Below, one piece after another: positions 63,430 to 64,000 of a stretch of 64,000 bases of DNA. The DNA is from a bacterium. Its GTDB lineage: Bacteria; Patescibacteriota; Patescibacteriia; Patescibacteriales; GWE2-39-37. The stretch spans positions 24,663 through 88,662 of the forward strand of contig JBAWWA010000003.1 in the NCBI GenBank assembly GCA_037146995.1. Direction: 5' to 3'. The translations under genes and the position numbers were made by a program. Below the pieces are notes generated by a model. It searched no databases, was not told where the DNA came from, and saw nothing but the letters and a program-made list of their open reading frames with translations. How positions within the stretch are numbered: position 1 is the first letter of the stretch; every line of letters begins with the position of its first letter.

Positions 63430-64000
63430 ATGCAATTTGAAGAGAAAAATTTTAACAACATTACCTATCAAAACCAGCAGATCATAGAACACAACCTACA
63501 AGACAAAGAATTTACTGGCTGCACTTTTAAAAAGTGTAATTTTAGCGGCAGTGATTTTTCAGGTAGTTCCTTTATTGATTGCATCATAAACGACTCAAAT
63601 TTATCAAATATAAAAATAGAAAATTGTAATTTTCAGGGAGTTAAATTTATTGGCTGCAAATTAGTCGGGGTCTCATTTTCAGTCATTAAAACCTTTTTAA
63701 TCGATTGGTCATTTCAAAATTGTTTAATTTATCTGTGCGATTTCAACAAGCTGTCACTTCCTAAATCAAAATTTATTGACTGTGAACTTCACGAAAATGA
63801 TTTTATCAATGCAAACTTGTGTGCGGCCGATTTTACTGGATCAGATCTCTGGAATAGCAAATTTTTCGACACCAATTTAGAAAAGGCAGATTTCAGAACA
63901 GCGCGAAATTACTACCTTAATCCAATAAACAATAAACTCACCGGGGCAATGTTTACTACTCCAGAGGTCTTGAACTTACTGCACAGTTTCAATATAAAAA
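63430..64000 (+). CDS. pentapeptide-repeat protein (5' part; runs off the window end)
   Basis: Not in the track because there is no stop in the window. My translation from the ATG at 63430 gives MQFEEKNFNNITYQNQQIIEHNLQDKEFTGCTFKKCNFSGSDFSGSSFIDCIINDSNLSNIKIENCNFQGVKFIGCKLVGVSF...ANLCAADFTGSDLWNSKFFDTNLEKADFRTA, which shows A(D/N)LxX periodicity. Confidence 0.75.
   Translation, partial: MQFEEKNFNNITYQNQQIIEHNLQDKEFTGCTFKKCNFSGSDFSGSSFIDCIINDSNLSNIKIENCNFQGVKFIGCKLVGVSFSVIKTFLIDWSFQNCLIYLCDFNKLSLPKSKFIDCELHENDFINANLCAADFTGSDLWNSKFFDTNLEKADFRTARNYYLNPINNKLTGAMFTTPEVLNLLHSFNIK

Overview
The window reads as a gene-dense, low-GC bacterial chromosome segment using the standard genetic code. Long housekeeping ORFs are intact, and GGAGG-type SD sites match the 16S tail CCTCC. 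The gene content suggests a small-genome CPR/Patescibacteria-like organism, but this is inference and no search was possible. The supporting observations are a 16S gene with no linked 23S, many short hypothetical secreted or membrane proteins, three TrbC/VirB2-like 'T4SS-pilin' paralogues, a cohesin-like secreted protein and an H+-pyrophosphatase.

Supported content:
- One 16S rRNA with a promoter, a boxA-like site and a flanking processing stem.
- Ten tRNAs: Ile, initiator Met, Phe, Pro, Gly, Leu, Val, Asp, Arg and His.
- Core genes rpsP, a KH-domain gene, trmD, lysS, leuS, rplS, tsaE, lspA, a dksA-like gene, tig, hppA, nusA, pnp and rpsO.
- Sugar and envelope genes: GH1, a clan GH-A hydrolase, a ROK kinase, a flippase, a GT4-like glycosyltransferase and an O-antigen-ligase-like protein.
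- An apparently orphan GAF histidine kinase.
- Many sigma70-like promoters and hairpin terminators that can be read by eye.

The clearest accessory region is an island of about 8.2 kb (about 36381-44597) next to tRNA-Asp. It carries a large serine recombinase, HTH and DUF5659-like small genes and an unknown 323-aa protein. It also carries a C-protein + PD-(D/E)XK endonuclease + two-methyltransferase R-M cassette, followed by a 385-aa protein with a C-terminal HEPN-like RNxxxHG motif.

The best candidates for something undescribed are:
- the HEPN-like gene and the unknown 323-aa gene on the island;
- the operon at 18514-21030 (two unknown membrane proteins plus a pilin);
- a RhuM-N/Doc fusion with a degenerate Fic motif and its Cys-rich neighbour;
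- a family of CTTCGC/GCGAAG REP-like repeats, together with partial tRNA 3'-end duplications around the RNA genes.

No CRISPR array, transposase, reverse transcriptase or recoded stop codon was seen. All functional calls come from motif recognition by eye and need HMM or BLAST confirmation.
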